Shown: one piece after another, positions 10,658-19,612 of the stretch
Position numbering within the stretch: the first letter of the stretch is position 1
Layout: each line of letters begins with the position of its first letter
Assembly (NCBI GenBank): GCA_045647355.1
Contig: JAZRMF010000001.1
Location: 350,679-414,678 of the forward strand
Length of the DNA stretch: 64,000 bases
Direction: 5' to 3'
Source: Candidatus Enterousia sp.
GTDB lineage: Bacteria; Pseudomonadota; Alphaproteobacteria; Rs-D84
The notes under the pieces: generated by a model
The model's input: only the letters and a program-made list of their open reading frames with translations
The model's database searches: none
What the model was told of the DNA's origin: nothing
Made by a program: the position numbers and the translations under genes

Positions 10658-13273
10658 TTATTTTTTTTTTGAACTGTTTACAACAGGGCCATCTTCGGTT
10701 TTAATCCGGTATGGGGTGATCTTGCTAACACTATATCGTTTCCCGTCGGGGTCTGTATAAGAAATCTTGCAGTTTGCGTTTGCAGAAACTGTAATAGCAG
10801 GGCTTGAAGAACTTTCAAGTGTCTTTGAATCGCATTCGACTTTTGTCATTGTTGCGTTCTTGACCTTGCTTAATATATCCGACCATTTAAGTGTAATGTT
10901 CGAACATGTCAGGTTTATTGGGGTGTTAGCTTTCTGCATATTGTCCAATTCTGCGACAGTCTTCTTATATGGACCACAATAATCTGCTTTGACGGTGCAA
11001 TTAATTGATGCGGGAACATCATAAATGAGAACTTTGTCAGAATATGTATATGGGCTTTTCTTCCCTGCATTATTATCACAGGTTATATTCAAATTTTTCA
11101 GGTTTATGTTCGATGGGCCTTTGACACCCAAATTAAGCTTGATAAGTGCATCACCGCCGGTACATTCGTTGTTTTCCCATTTCCCGAATTTTGCAAGACA
11201 GTCGTCGACCTTTCTACATACCATTGTTACAGATTGCATCGCAGAAAATTCTTTTGCGGTTTTTTTCATAGGACTACACGTTGGGGCGCTTGTCGCTATT
11301 GTACATTCCGCATTTCCTGGAATCTTTTTTAATGATAAAACGCCTTCTTTGGTTGTTTTGGCCTCTTTGTTTTTATTGTTATACTTACATCTTAAATATC
11401 CTTGTACCGGGGTGTTGGCACTGGTCAGTGCCTTTAAATTAATATTTACCTGTGCGGTTTCATCCTGGGGATTTGATTCGCGTGCGCGACGCTCGTCACC
11501 ACTTGGTTCTTCAGTTGGTTTGTCTTGACACTTGTCGTCTTTCCATTCGCATTTATCAAGTTTGTCGCAACCGTCTTTATTGTTATTATACATTTCGCAT
11601 TTTAGCGCACCTAAAACGGTGTTATCTAGTTGCGCAGTTTGGAATGAATATCTTCCATCACCTGTTTTATAATCGCAATAGAAATTTCCATTGTTGAATA
11701 TAAGTTGTGGATTGGTAATAGTTTTCCCTTCTCCAAGATCTTTGCCTTCTAACATTGTACATAAAGTGCCTATTTCTTCGGTACACTTTGCGCGACAACT
11801 TGGTTCACTTAATGGTTCTTGATGTAAATTATCACCTGATTCAAGTGCAGAATTGAGATTTTCAACAATTGTTTTACATATTGGTTCGCAATCAACAGGT
11901 GGTTCCTCTGCCTCTTTGCATGTATCAGTACTTACGTCGTATGTCTTTGTTGAATCAATACATTCTTGTGTGCACGTGCCATTGCTATACACGCGGCCGG
12001 CATTTGTACATTTTTGTTCGGCGTTCTCTTGACCGCCTTCATCGGTTTGATTTTGGTTTTGTGTACATTGACCATCTTCCCATGTGCCACCGGCATTTGT
12101 ACATGCTTTTTCTGGATCTATGTCCGTACATTCACCCTTTTTCCATGTGCCACCAGAATTTTCACATTCTTGTTTTGCGGCTTTTTCGGCCTTTTGTGTT
12201 TCTAGTGCGCGTCCAATTGCACCCGAAGATAGCAAGCCTGCGGCCGTACCAACACCAGCGCCCAACATTGCAGATGATGCCGCCGTTTGTGAACGTGTCA
12301 AACGATATGCGTTTTCTTTGAACGTTGTAACATCTATGCCAAACCAATTTGCATTGCATTGGAAACTGTCCCCGGCATAGAGTTTTTTCGATGCGGTCGG
12401 GGTACTGGTATTATCGCCGGCAAAGAAATTCACAGTATATACGCAATCCAACGTGCGTTCGTCAAACATTGCACCCAAACGATTGCACTGTGTGCGCATC
12501 AAATCACGCAATTCATACAAACGTTTTTCGTCTTTTTCTGCCTGGGCCTGGGCGATGGTTCGCAAATCGCCAAATACGGTCATAATGCGCGATGCCATGC
12601 CACTGTCTTGTTCTTTACATTCCTTGGCAATGGTTCCACATTTCGATATTGCGCGGTCGCCATCAGATTTAGATAAGCATTTTTCTAATGTCGTTCCGCA
12701 TTCTGCAAATACGCACGCGTTGTATCTGTTGCCGCATGAAATCACAGAATTATAATATGTCATGCGTTCATTAAAGTCACGATCAGCCAATATTTCTGGG
12801 GCAAGTAATGAATATTCGTGACCACTGCATTCTGTTTTGCGACGGCAAGAATCCATTTTTTCACCCCAAATGGTGGTGCTGTCTTTTGAACATTTTGTAA
12901 AATCAGCCCCGCATTTTTCGGCCATACATTTACGCAAGTTCGCATCGCATGCGTTTGCGCCTGTGACACCCGAAGATGATTTTCCGCCGTCGGATGGCGC
13001 TTTTCCTTTGTTGTCTAATAAGGCACGTTGACGGCGCACGCGGTCCGCTAAATCGGAACTGGTTGTGTCAGCGGTTTTTGCACCCAGGTCGGAAAATACT
13101 TCGTTAAATTGAGATGTTTTATTATCAACAACAACCGTTTTCGTAGAAGATGTTGTCGATTTAGTTTTTGATTTTGTCGTTTTTGTGGCGGCATATGAAT
13201 CAGCGGTGTACAGTGCACATGCGGCGATTGCCACAACAAAAATCTTTGATAAAATGTTACGTGTCTTTCTCAT
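10658..13273 (-). CDS. giant Cys-rich secreted protein, family B (glycine-zipper, Cys-rich EGF-like C-terminal region, ends SSKKK)
   Basis: Preferred start is MRKTRNILSKIFVVAIAACALYTADSYA at 13273, which overlaps the upstream stop as TAATG. The ORF track gives 13291. Segment SAMLGAGVGTAAGLL. Confidence 0.8.
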   Translation of the reverse strand: MRKTRNILSKIFVVAIAACALYTADSYAATKTTKSKTKSTTSSTKTVVVDNKTSQFNEVFSDLGAKTADTTSSDLADRVRRQRALLDNKGKAPSDGGKSSSGVTGANACDANLRKCMAEKCGADFTKCSKDSTTIWGEKMDSCRRKTECSGHEYSLLAPEILADRDFNERMTYYNSVISCGNRYNACVFAECGTTLEKCLSKSDGDRAISKCGTIAKECKEQDSGMASRIMTVFGDLRTIAQAQAEKDEKRLYELRDLMRTQCNRLGAMFDERTLDCVYTVNFFAGDNTSTPTASKKLYAGDSFQCNANWFGIDVTTFKENAYRLTRSQTAASSAMLGAGVGTAAGLLSSGAIGRALETQKAEKAAKQECENSGGTWKKGECTDIDPEKACTNAGGTWEDGQCTQNQNQTDEGGQENAEQKCTNAGRVYSNGTCTQECIDSTKTYDVSTDTCKEAEEPPVDCEPICKTIVENLNSALESGDNLHQEPLSEPSCRAKCTEEIGTLCTMLEGKDLGEGKTITNPQLIFNNGNFYCDYKTGDGRYSFQTAQLDNTVLGALKCEMYNNNKDGCDKLDKCEWKDDKCQDKPTEEPSGDERRARESNPQDETAQVNINLKALTSANTPVQGYLRCKYNNKNKEAKTTKEGVLSLKKIPGNAECTIATSAPTCSPMKKTAKEFSAMQSVTMVCRKVDDCLAKFGKWENNECTGGDALIKLNLGVKGPSNINLKNLNITCDNNAGKKSPYTYSDKVLIYDVPASINCTVKADYCGPYKKTVAELDNMQKANTPINLTCSNITLKWSDILSKVKNATMTKVECDSKTLESSSSPAITVSANANCKISYTDPDGKRYSVSKITPYRIKTEDGPVVNSSKKK
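10661..10670 (-). repeat. homopolymeric A10 tract (T10 on + strand) at the 3' end of the 877-aa gene, directly before its stop
   Basis: Ten consecutive T on the + strand at 10661-10670. A 1-nt contraction puts the upstream CDS in frame with ORF 9970..10657. Confidence 0.9.
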
Positions 13274-14136
13274 TACTTTAATACCGTACATGCATTTTCA
13301 TAGAATTTGCATAATTGTTTTGCCATTGATTTTTCTTTTGCGTCTTTGCATTTGCCGCGCATGTTATTTGTACAAACATTTTCTATGCAACCGTCCGCGG
13401 CGGTTCCCTTGGTGCAAGCTGTTTTGATGCTTTCAAGTTTAGTTTTGCGTGTTTTTTGATAATTTTCCGCAATCGTTTTAACCAAGGTTTCGCGGTTGTT
13501 TAGCGCGTTTGTTCGGGCGGATGCCGCGGTCTTTTTGAAATCGGCAATGTATTCGTCGCATCCACTGGCCTCGGCACCACATTCGGCGACAATGCGGTCG
13601 AAATCCGCATCTTTTTCGCATGAATCAAACGCGGTTCCGCACTTTTTATCCATACATTCTGTAAAGGTAGTGTTGCAACTGTTTTTCGTTTTTTTGGTAT
13701 TAAGTTTTGTTGCCGCATTTTGAATTTGCATCGTGACACCCGCGGCCTTGCATGATTGTTCAATTAATTTGTCGTATGCGGCGGATGCATCGTCTGGTGT
13801 GCAATCCGGTAATTTTTTGATACATTCCGTGGTTGCCCAAATATAGCGCTTGCCCGGATCAGATGGTGCAGATTTTAAATCTTTTTCGCTAATTGCATAT
13901 TTTGTTGATTGACCTGCGGTAATATTGTTCAATCCCTTTTGCGATGGGGGTTCGCCGGCACCAGATGTTCCGCAATATTGACAACGCGCCGACGGATTCA
14001 TGCTGGCGTTAATTGCACACGCAGAATCAAGACACCGTGTAAGATTTGTTTTTGAACATTTGCTTACTGCGGCATAACCGCCAAACGCAGTGAATCCGCC
14101 AAATACACCAACAAAGAGCAGGATAAAATGCTTCAT
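13273..14136 (-). CDS. Cys-rich secreted protein (287 aa), first gene of an operon with 10658..13273
   Basis: Signal peptide MKHFILLFVGVFGGFTAFGG. 24 Cys. Translationally coupled to the downstream gene. Confidence 0.75.
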   Translation of the reverse strand: MKHFILLFVGVFGGFTAFGGYAAVSKCSKTNLTRCLDSACAINASMNPSARCQYCGTSGAGEPPSQKGLNNITAGQSTKYAISEKDLKSAPSDPGKRYIWATTECIKKLPDCTPDDASAAYDKLIEQSCKAAGVTMQIQNAATKLNTKKTKNSCNTTFTECMDKKCGTAFDSCEKDADFDRIVAECGAEASGCDEYIADFKKTAASARTNALNNRETLVKTIAENYQKTRKTKLESIKTACTKGTAADGCIENVCTNNMRGKCKDAKEKSMAKQLCKFYENACTVLK

Positions 14137-14262
14137 CTCCCCAATCCAGTGTATTGATTATATCAAAAAAACAACCCCGTTGCAAAATATTTTTATTTAC
14201 CTATTGACAACGTAAAAGTTTTGTCTATAATATATATGAAATCAAACCAAAGGAGTTTGGAA

Positions 14263-14931
14263 ATGGAAAAATTGAGAAACTTATTTGTTCGCGGGGCGGT
14301 ATTTGGTACTATCGTTGTAATGGTATCGTCATGTGGACCAAAAGAAGAAAGCTTGATGCCGGGTATGAAGGCATATGGAGAAAATCCAACATTTACGTTA
14401 TGGATGAGTTCAGTTGACGATTCGCATGCAGCTGCAGATACAGCGGATTTCACTGATCATGTGATAGATTCTGTTCCAACGCAACAAAATGACACTGTCC
14501 CATGTGATTGTGACACAGTGGTGGAACCGAAAAAACCATGTGATTGTGATACAGTAGCAGAACAGAGATGTTGCCCAACTATAAACAACAATAACGGCAT
14601 CTTGATTATCGGTAATAACAATACGGTTAACCAAAATCAGACCACGGTAACAACAAATGGTAATAATAATCAAACGACAGTGAACAGCACTGCGGGTGGC
14701 AATACGTCTATTAATAATATTAATACGCGTAGGAATACGGATCGGACTCAACAAACAGTTGTATGCCGTCAAAATCGACAGACAAACCCATGTCCATGTG
14801 AAACTGTTGAATCTCATACACACATACACGTTAGTGTACGTGGCAGCGCGACAGTGACACAACAACCTGCGCAACAGCAACCACAAAGTAATACAACATA
14901 TTACTATTACAGCAACAGCTATAGCAAATAA
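14263..14931 (+). CDS. lipoprotein with Asn/Gln/Thr-rich low-complexity region and repeated PCDCDTV motif
   Basis: Lipobox VMVSSC after MEKLRNLFVRGAVFGTIV (the ORF track start 14221 is an alternative). Repeats PCDCDTVVEP and PCDCDTVAEQ. N/Q/T-rich NNNNGILIIGNNNTVNQNQTT…. Confidence 0.55.
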   Translation: MEKLRNLFVRGAVFGTIVVMVSSCGPKEESLMPGMKAYGENPTFTLWMSSVDDSHAAADTADFTDHVIDSVPTQQNDTVPCDCDTVVEPKKPCDCDTVAEQRCCPTINNNNGILIIGNNNTVNQNQTTVTTNGNNNQTTVNSTAGGNTSINNINTRRNTDRTQQTVVCRQNRQTNPCPCETVESHTHIHVSVRGSATVTQQPAQQQPQSNTTYYYYSNSYSK

Positions 14932-14946
14932 TCAAAAGGGAACGCG

Positions 14947-15273
14947 ATGAAAAATAAAGTAATTGCTTCTTTGAAAGGTTTGACTTTGTTCTCGTTGTTG
15001 TTTGCCGGTGTGGCGACCGCAAATGCGCAAGAACCGGCGCAACCAAAGCGTGTTGTGGATACAACCTTTGTGAGTGCAATGCGTAATCCAGACAATTGGA
15101 AACTGTATAAAGTAGAGCAGGCGGTACAAATTAAATTTGGCCCAAAACCGAAAAACCCGCCTATCTATAAAAGAGACGAAGATGGTTGGATAGAAATTCC
15201 TGCTGATAGTATTCATCCAGCAATTCCGTCACCAATTGTTAATAAAGCGAAAGAGATTTCACAAGGAAAGTAA
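14947..15273 (+). CDS. small secreted protein (108 aa)
   Basis: RBS AAAGGGAA and signal peptide MKNKVIASLKGLTLFSLLFAGVATANA. Confidence 0.55.
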   Translation: MKNKVIASLKGLTLFSLLFAGVATANAQEPAQPKRVVDTTFVSAMRNPDNWKLYKVEQAVQIKFGPKPKNPPIYKRDEDGWIEIPADSIHPAIPSPIVNKAKEISQGK

Positions 15274-15295
15274 TTTCCAATGTGAAAAAATATTC

Positions 15296-15325
15296 GGGGC
15301 ATCGTTTTGCCCCGTTTATTTTTTG
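15296..15325 (+). terminator. intrinsic terminator
   Basis: Hairpin cggggcatcgttttgccccg followed by TTTATTTTTT. Confidence 0.6.
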
Positions 15326-15383
15326 CTAGACACGCATTGGATATCTATGTTAAAATGCAAGACGTTAGAGAGAGTGTATCTGT

Positions 15384-18300
15384 ATGAAGTTTGTTAGACT
15401 TTTGGTTTTTGCTTTATTCTTTGCGCCGTTTGGTGCATTTGCGGCACCAAATGATTTTACGGTTGCAGCGCAGTTGTTGGCCGCGGCAAAAAATGCCGAT
15501 ATTCAACAGGTTCAGATTTTGGTTAATAATGGCGCAAATATAAACTATGTCGATAGTACAGGGTTATCATTGGTTTGTACGGCATTGATGAATAACGATT
15601 TGCGTGCGGCGCAAATTCTGCAAATGTATGGTGCAGATGCATCACAATGCGACCGACAAATTAAGAATTACAAGACACAAAATTCGCCCGGGCGAACGGG
15701 TGGGCTATTCGGTGGACTATCCACCGCCCAGGGATTAACATTGGCGGCGGCGGGTGCCGCCGTTGTTGTAGGTGGACTTTATTTATTAACGGATGTATTT
15801 GATCATGATAATCATAACCATACATCGTCATCCAGTGATGGTAATCACGGTGGGGGCTCTGGCGGCGGCGGTGGTGGTTCTTCGAATAGTGGTACCGTAT
15901 GGTCTGCGGGTGCATTGCCATATGGGCCGGCGATGTTAAATGCAACCCAAGAAACCGCAAATTACACAAATAATTTGGCATTGTATTACACGCAATATGA
16001 TGCCGATAATGAAGAAACGGTTTATTACAAAGATTTTAATTTGATGAACAGTTACGCAGGGAATAATTCCCAGAATTATTTGTTGTTAATGCGTGGCTAT
16101 TCGCCGTTGGCGCGTGGATATTTGGGAATGCGTACATTACGTGATACATCAACAAATACACCACTTGCCTTGTATAATGCCCAGGGGGATTCATTATACA
16201 ATCTTGGAACAAATGAACATGTTATGGGCGGGCGTCCGGTTAATGTTGCGTTAATTACGGCAAATGGTGTTAATGCCGTAGATGGGTCTTCGTTGCAGGA
16301 TAAATTTGTGTTGTGGACACAACATTCTGGACCCACCAGTTTAGTGGCGGCAAGTAATGACAAGATGTCCAGCAAGTATTACAACAATATGATAACATTC
16401 GGTGCAAATGAACTTTCGATTATTGATGATACATCGGTGGAAGATCCTTTGACGTTGGCAGCGTTTGATTTGTCGGGTGCGGGTACCGCAATACATAATG
16501 GTTCTGCAACCGGTGACGATAATCTGTTGGGTAAAATAGTCGGCGGAAATTTTGAAACAGGGTATAACGGCGATTTTGCGGGCTTTATGCCAAATGGTCA
16601 AATGACAATTTATCGCACAGGTGGCGGCAAGAAACTGATTGCTGCGGATAATTCAATTTCAGGCTCGTATAATTTTGCTGGCACAGAGATTGCGGTTAAC
16701 GATACGATGACATTTGATAGTGTTGGTGTAACCGCAAAGGTTGCGGCAATTGGTACGGTTGGTTTGGGCGATGCAACGAAAAGTATAGCATGGTCTTATG
16801 TCGTTGATGGGCAAACGAAATATTTTTATGGGTATTTGTTGGGTAATTTATACTATATAGATTTTGATGGCGATGGAATGCCAGATGCCGCCTATGCCAC
16901 CAGTTCTGGAGATTTAGTTTTGGTTAAACGTGTAACCAGTGAAGGTGTCGATTACTATAATTACACGGCATTGGTAAATGCGGCACTGCGTTCAACCGGG
17001 GATTTAGAAAAGGGGCGTTCGCGGGTTGATATAATTGCAAATGCGGATGTAATCGAACCACTGCACAGCCGTTCGGCATATACGGTGCGCGATATGTTGG
17101 CAAGTGATTTTGATGATTTGTATTTCGCGGCTTTTGTGGAAAGTAGTTACGGTGCAGAATCTACAGATAATGGTTTTATTCCGCGGGTCCAGGCCCAGGC
17201 GTTCTTTAATGGGTTGGGATCGTTGTATAAACCGTTAACTATTTTTTCTACGGGCGCATCCATTCAAAATACCGGGGCATTGTATGCAGATTCACTGCAA
17301 GAAGCCACGTTTGAAAATGCCGCGCCATTGGTGTTTGATAATCTGAATCATTTATTTATGTCGGTTGTTGCGGTCGGGGCCAGTACGTATGGAACAACAA
17401 CAATTGCCGCGAATTCTGATACAAACACGAACAAATATAGTTTGGCACAGTGGGCAAGTAATGTCGATGGTACAACAAACTATTATAAATCACGTATTTG
17501 TGGAATTGCGGGAACTGGAAATGCGGGTGCGATGGATCCATGGTGTTTCGCATCGGTTGGAATTACCGATGAAATGGCGGTCGCATCGGCGGCGGGTGCG
17601 GCGGGTGTGCTGCGTTCGGCATTTTATTACATGACACCCCAAGAAATATTTACACTGCTTGCGTTGACGGCGGATGGTCCATATCTTAATCGTTTGTCGG
17701 CGGGAACCCAGTTAAATCAGACATCTTTGGCGGCGCATTTACGTTCTTTGTATAATATGCCGTCCGAATATCAATACGAGATAACTGATGATGCCAGTTA
17801 TTTAGAGGTGTTTAAACGTGTGTTTGGTTATGGTGTGATAAATCTTGAACGCGCGACAACACCGGGAACAAATCTGTATTATTACACAAATGGTAAAATT
17901 GTTTCCAGTGCGGGTAATGCGTATTGGCGCGCGGCGACAAATACAAATATGCGTATGTCGCCGGCGTTGAATCTGGGACGTGGTGCAATTAACATTGCGG
18001 CGTATGATATACTGGAAAGTGTTGATGGTTCAATGCGGTTACCGCGTATTTGGGAAAGTAATGTTTCTTTTGGTAATGAATCGCGTAGCGCGCTGTATAT
18101 GGGCGATGTGTTGGGTGATTTGCATACACGTGACGTTGCCGATAATACAATGCATATTGGAAATATGTCGTTTGGTTTTGCGCGTTCGGAACGTTTGTAT
18201 AATGACAGTATGGGTGGGTTGGACAATATGCATTTGTCATACGCGCATGACAATTGGAAATTGTCTGCTGATTATCAGCGTTATTTGACGGATGGTGAAT

Positions 18301-19097
18301 CGCGTTTCTATGGAATGGCGAATCCGATTTTATCTTTGGCGTCGCGTGCAACAACCGGTGGTATAGATTACAGTTTTGGTAAATGGTCATTTGGGGCGCG
18401 CGGATTTACCGGTGCAATAACGGACGAAGGTTTATTGGAAAACGACCCAACGATTTCGTCATTGTATGAACCGATGAGTTTGGGAACGATTGCGGGTGCG
18501 CAATCTGAAATAGGGTGGAACAATGAAAAGTTCGGTTTCAAAACATCGGTTGGTTCAATGCACGAAGATAACACCATGCTGGGTGCGTATGCAACGGGGT
18601 TGTTGGAAATTGGTGGTGCCAGTACGAACTATGTCGATGTTGATACGTTTTGGAAAGTGTCAGATATGTTGAAACTGCGCGCGCGTGCGACATTTGCACA
18701 CACCACACCGAACATGGACAGTGGCGCGATTATAGACGTGTCTGGATTGAATTCTAATGCGTTTGCGTTTGGTGCGGATGTTGGAAATATTAATTTGGGT
18801 GTGTCATTACCATTGGCGGTGTTTGATGGTCACATGAGTTATGATTACGCGAACTATGAAATAGTGGATACAGATGATGGTCGTTATGATTTGGCGATAA
18901 CTGATTTCGGTACAAGACGTGTTAGCATGTCGCCGGCGCATCGCGAAGTTCGTCTGAATGCGACATATCGTCATAACTTTGGGCCGTTTACCGATGGTGC
19001 GATTGGGTTTATATACCGTATAAATCCGAACAATACCGATGAATTCGGAAATGAATCTATATTCATGATGAAAATGTCACATATGATTGGCATTTAA
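15384..19097 (+). CDS. large secreted ankyrin-repeat protein (1237 aa) with Gly-rich segment and beta-rich C-terminal region
   Basis: Signal peptide MKFVRLLVFALFFAPFGAFA. Ankyrin repeats (…LLAAAKNADIQQVQILVNNGANINYVDSTGLSLVCTALMNNDLRAAQILQMYGADA…). A GGGSGGGGGGSS run. Alternating-residue beta pattern near the C-terminus. Confidence 0.75.
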   Translation: MKFVRLLVFALFFAPFGAFAAPNDFTVAAQLLAAAKNADIQQVQILVNNGANINYVDSTGLSLVCTALMNNDLRAAQILQMYGADASQCDRQIKNYKTQNSPGRTGGLFGGLSTAQGLTLAAAGAAVVVGGLYLLTDVFDHDNHNHTSSSSDGNHGGGSGGGGGGSSNSGTVWSAGALPYGPAMLNATQETANYTNNLALYYTQYDADNEETVYYKDFNLMNSYAGNNSQNYLLLMRGYSPLARGYLGMRTLRDTSTNTPLALYNAQGDSLYNLGTNEHVMGGRPVNVALITANGVNAVDGSSLQDKFVLWTQHSGPTSLVAASNDKMSSKYYNNMITFGANELSIIDDTSVEDPLTLAAFDLSGAGTAIHNGSATGDDNLLGKIVGGNFETGYNGDFAGFMPNGQMTIYRTGGGKKLIAADNSISGSYNFAGTEIAVNDTMTFDSVGVTAKVAAIGTVGLGDATKSIAWSYVVDGQTKYFYGYLLGNLYYIDFDGDGMPDAAYATSSGDLVLVKRVTSEGVDYYNYTALVNAALRSTGDLEKGRSRVDIIANADVIEPLHSRSAYTVRDMLASDFDDLYFAAFVESSYGAESTDNGFIPRVQAQAFFNGLGSLYKPLTIFSTGASIQNTGALYADSLQEATFENAAPLVFDNLNHLFMSVVAVGASTYGTTTIAANSDTNTNKYSLAQWASNVDGTTNYYKSRICGIAGTGNAGAMDPWCFASVGITDEMAVASAAGAAGVLRSAFYYMTPQEIFTLLALTADGPYLNRLSAGTQLNQTSLAAHLRSLYNMPSEYQYEITDDASYLEVFKRVFGYGVINLERATTPGTNLYYYTNGKIVSSAGNAYWRAATNTNMRMSPALNLGRGAINIAAYDILESVDGSMRLPRIWESNVSFGNESRSALYMGDVLGDLHTRDVADNTMHIGNMSFGFARSERLYNDSMGGLDNMHLSYAHDNWKLSADYQRYLTDGESRFYGMANPILSLASRATTGGIDYSFGKWSFGARGFTGAITDEGLLENDPTISSLYEPMSLGTIAGAQSEIGWNNEKFGFKTSVGSMHEDNTMLGAYATGLLEIGGASTNYVDVDTFWKVSDMLKLRARATFAHTTPNMDSGAIIDVSGLNSNAFAFGADVGNINLGVSLPLAVFDGHMSYDYANYEIVDTDDGRYDLAITDFGTRRVSMSPAHREVRLNATYRHNFGPFTDGAIGFIYRINPNNTDEFGNESIFMMKMSHMIGI

Positions 19098-19160
19098 TAT
19101 CTTGACTTGTAAATATTTCCATGTAAATATACACAGCTGTTGTGCCACAGGAGGCAGTAT

Positions 19161-19562
19161 ATGGGTTATATGAAGTATGTTTTATCAAAAACAGGATGGT
19201 TTCCGAAATTGGAACCTAATGCTGCAGATGTATTAGATGCGGCGGACAAGGTATTTGAAATTAATACCCACGAAAATGGGTACTATTATATCGTACCGTC
19301 GCGGAATAATTTGTCATATTTGCGTAACATGGTCGATTTATTCGCATCAAACGGTGTTATATTGCGACCACACAAAAGTGACCATTACAGTTGTTTTGTA
19401 TTTCGTGTGCCGGCCAATGGGCAACAGTTTATCAGGGATGTTAGGCGTTTAAAGGAAAAACCAAATGATCATGAAGAATTTCGGAAATTCAAAGAAGAAT
19501 ACGACAAGAGAAAACGTACGGTATTATTGCCTGGATTGGTAAACAGAGTAAAAGGAAGTTAA
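19161..19562 (+). CDS. hypothetical protein
   Basis: AGGAGG RBS at 19149-19154 and ATG at 19161 (the ORF track start 19140 lacks an RBS). No recognisable domain. Confidence 0.5.
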   Translation: MGYMKYVLSKTGWFPKLEPNAADVLDAADKVFEINTHENGYYYIVPSRNNLSYLRNMVDLFASNGVILRPHKSDHYSCFVFRVPANGQQFIRDVRRLKEKPNDHEEFRKFKEEYDKRKRTVLLPGLVNRVKGS

Positions 19563-19573
19563 TTTTATGTAAT

Positions 19574-19606
19574 AAAAATCCCCGGTTTTTACCGGGGATT
19601 TTTCTT
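19574..19606. terminator. bidirectional intrinsic terminator
   Basis: aaaaatccccggtttttaccggggattttt: GC hairpin flanked by A-run and T-run, between convergent genes. Confidence 0.6.
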
Positions 19607-19612
19607 TTGTCA

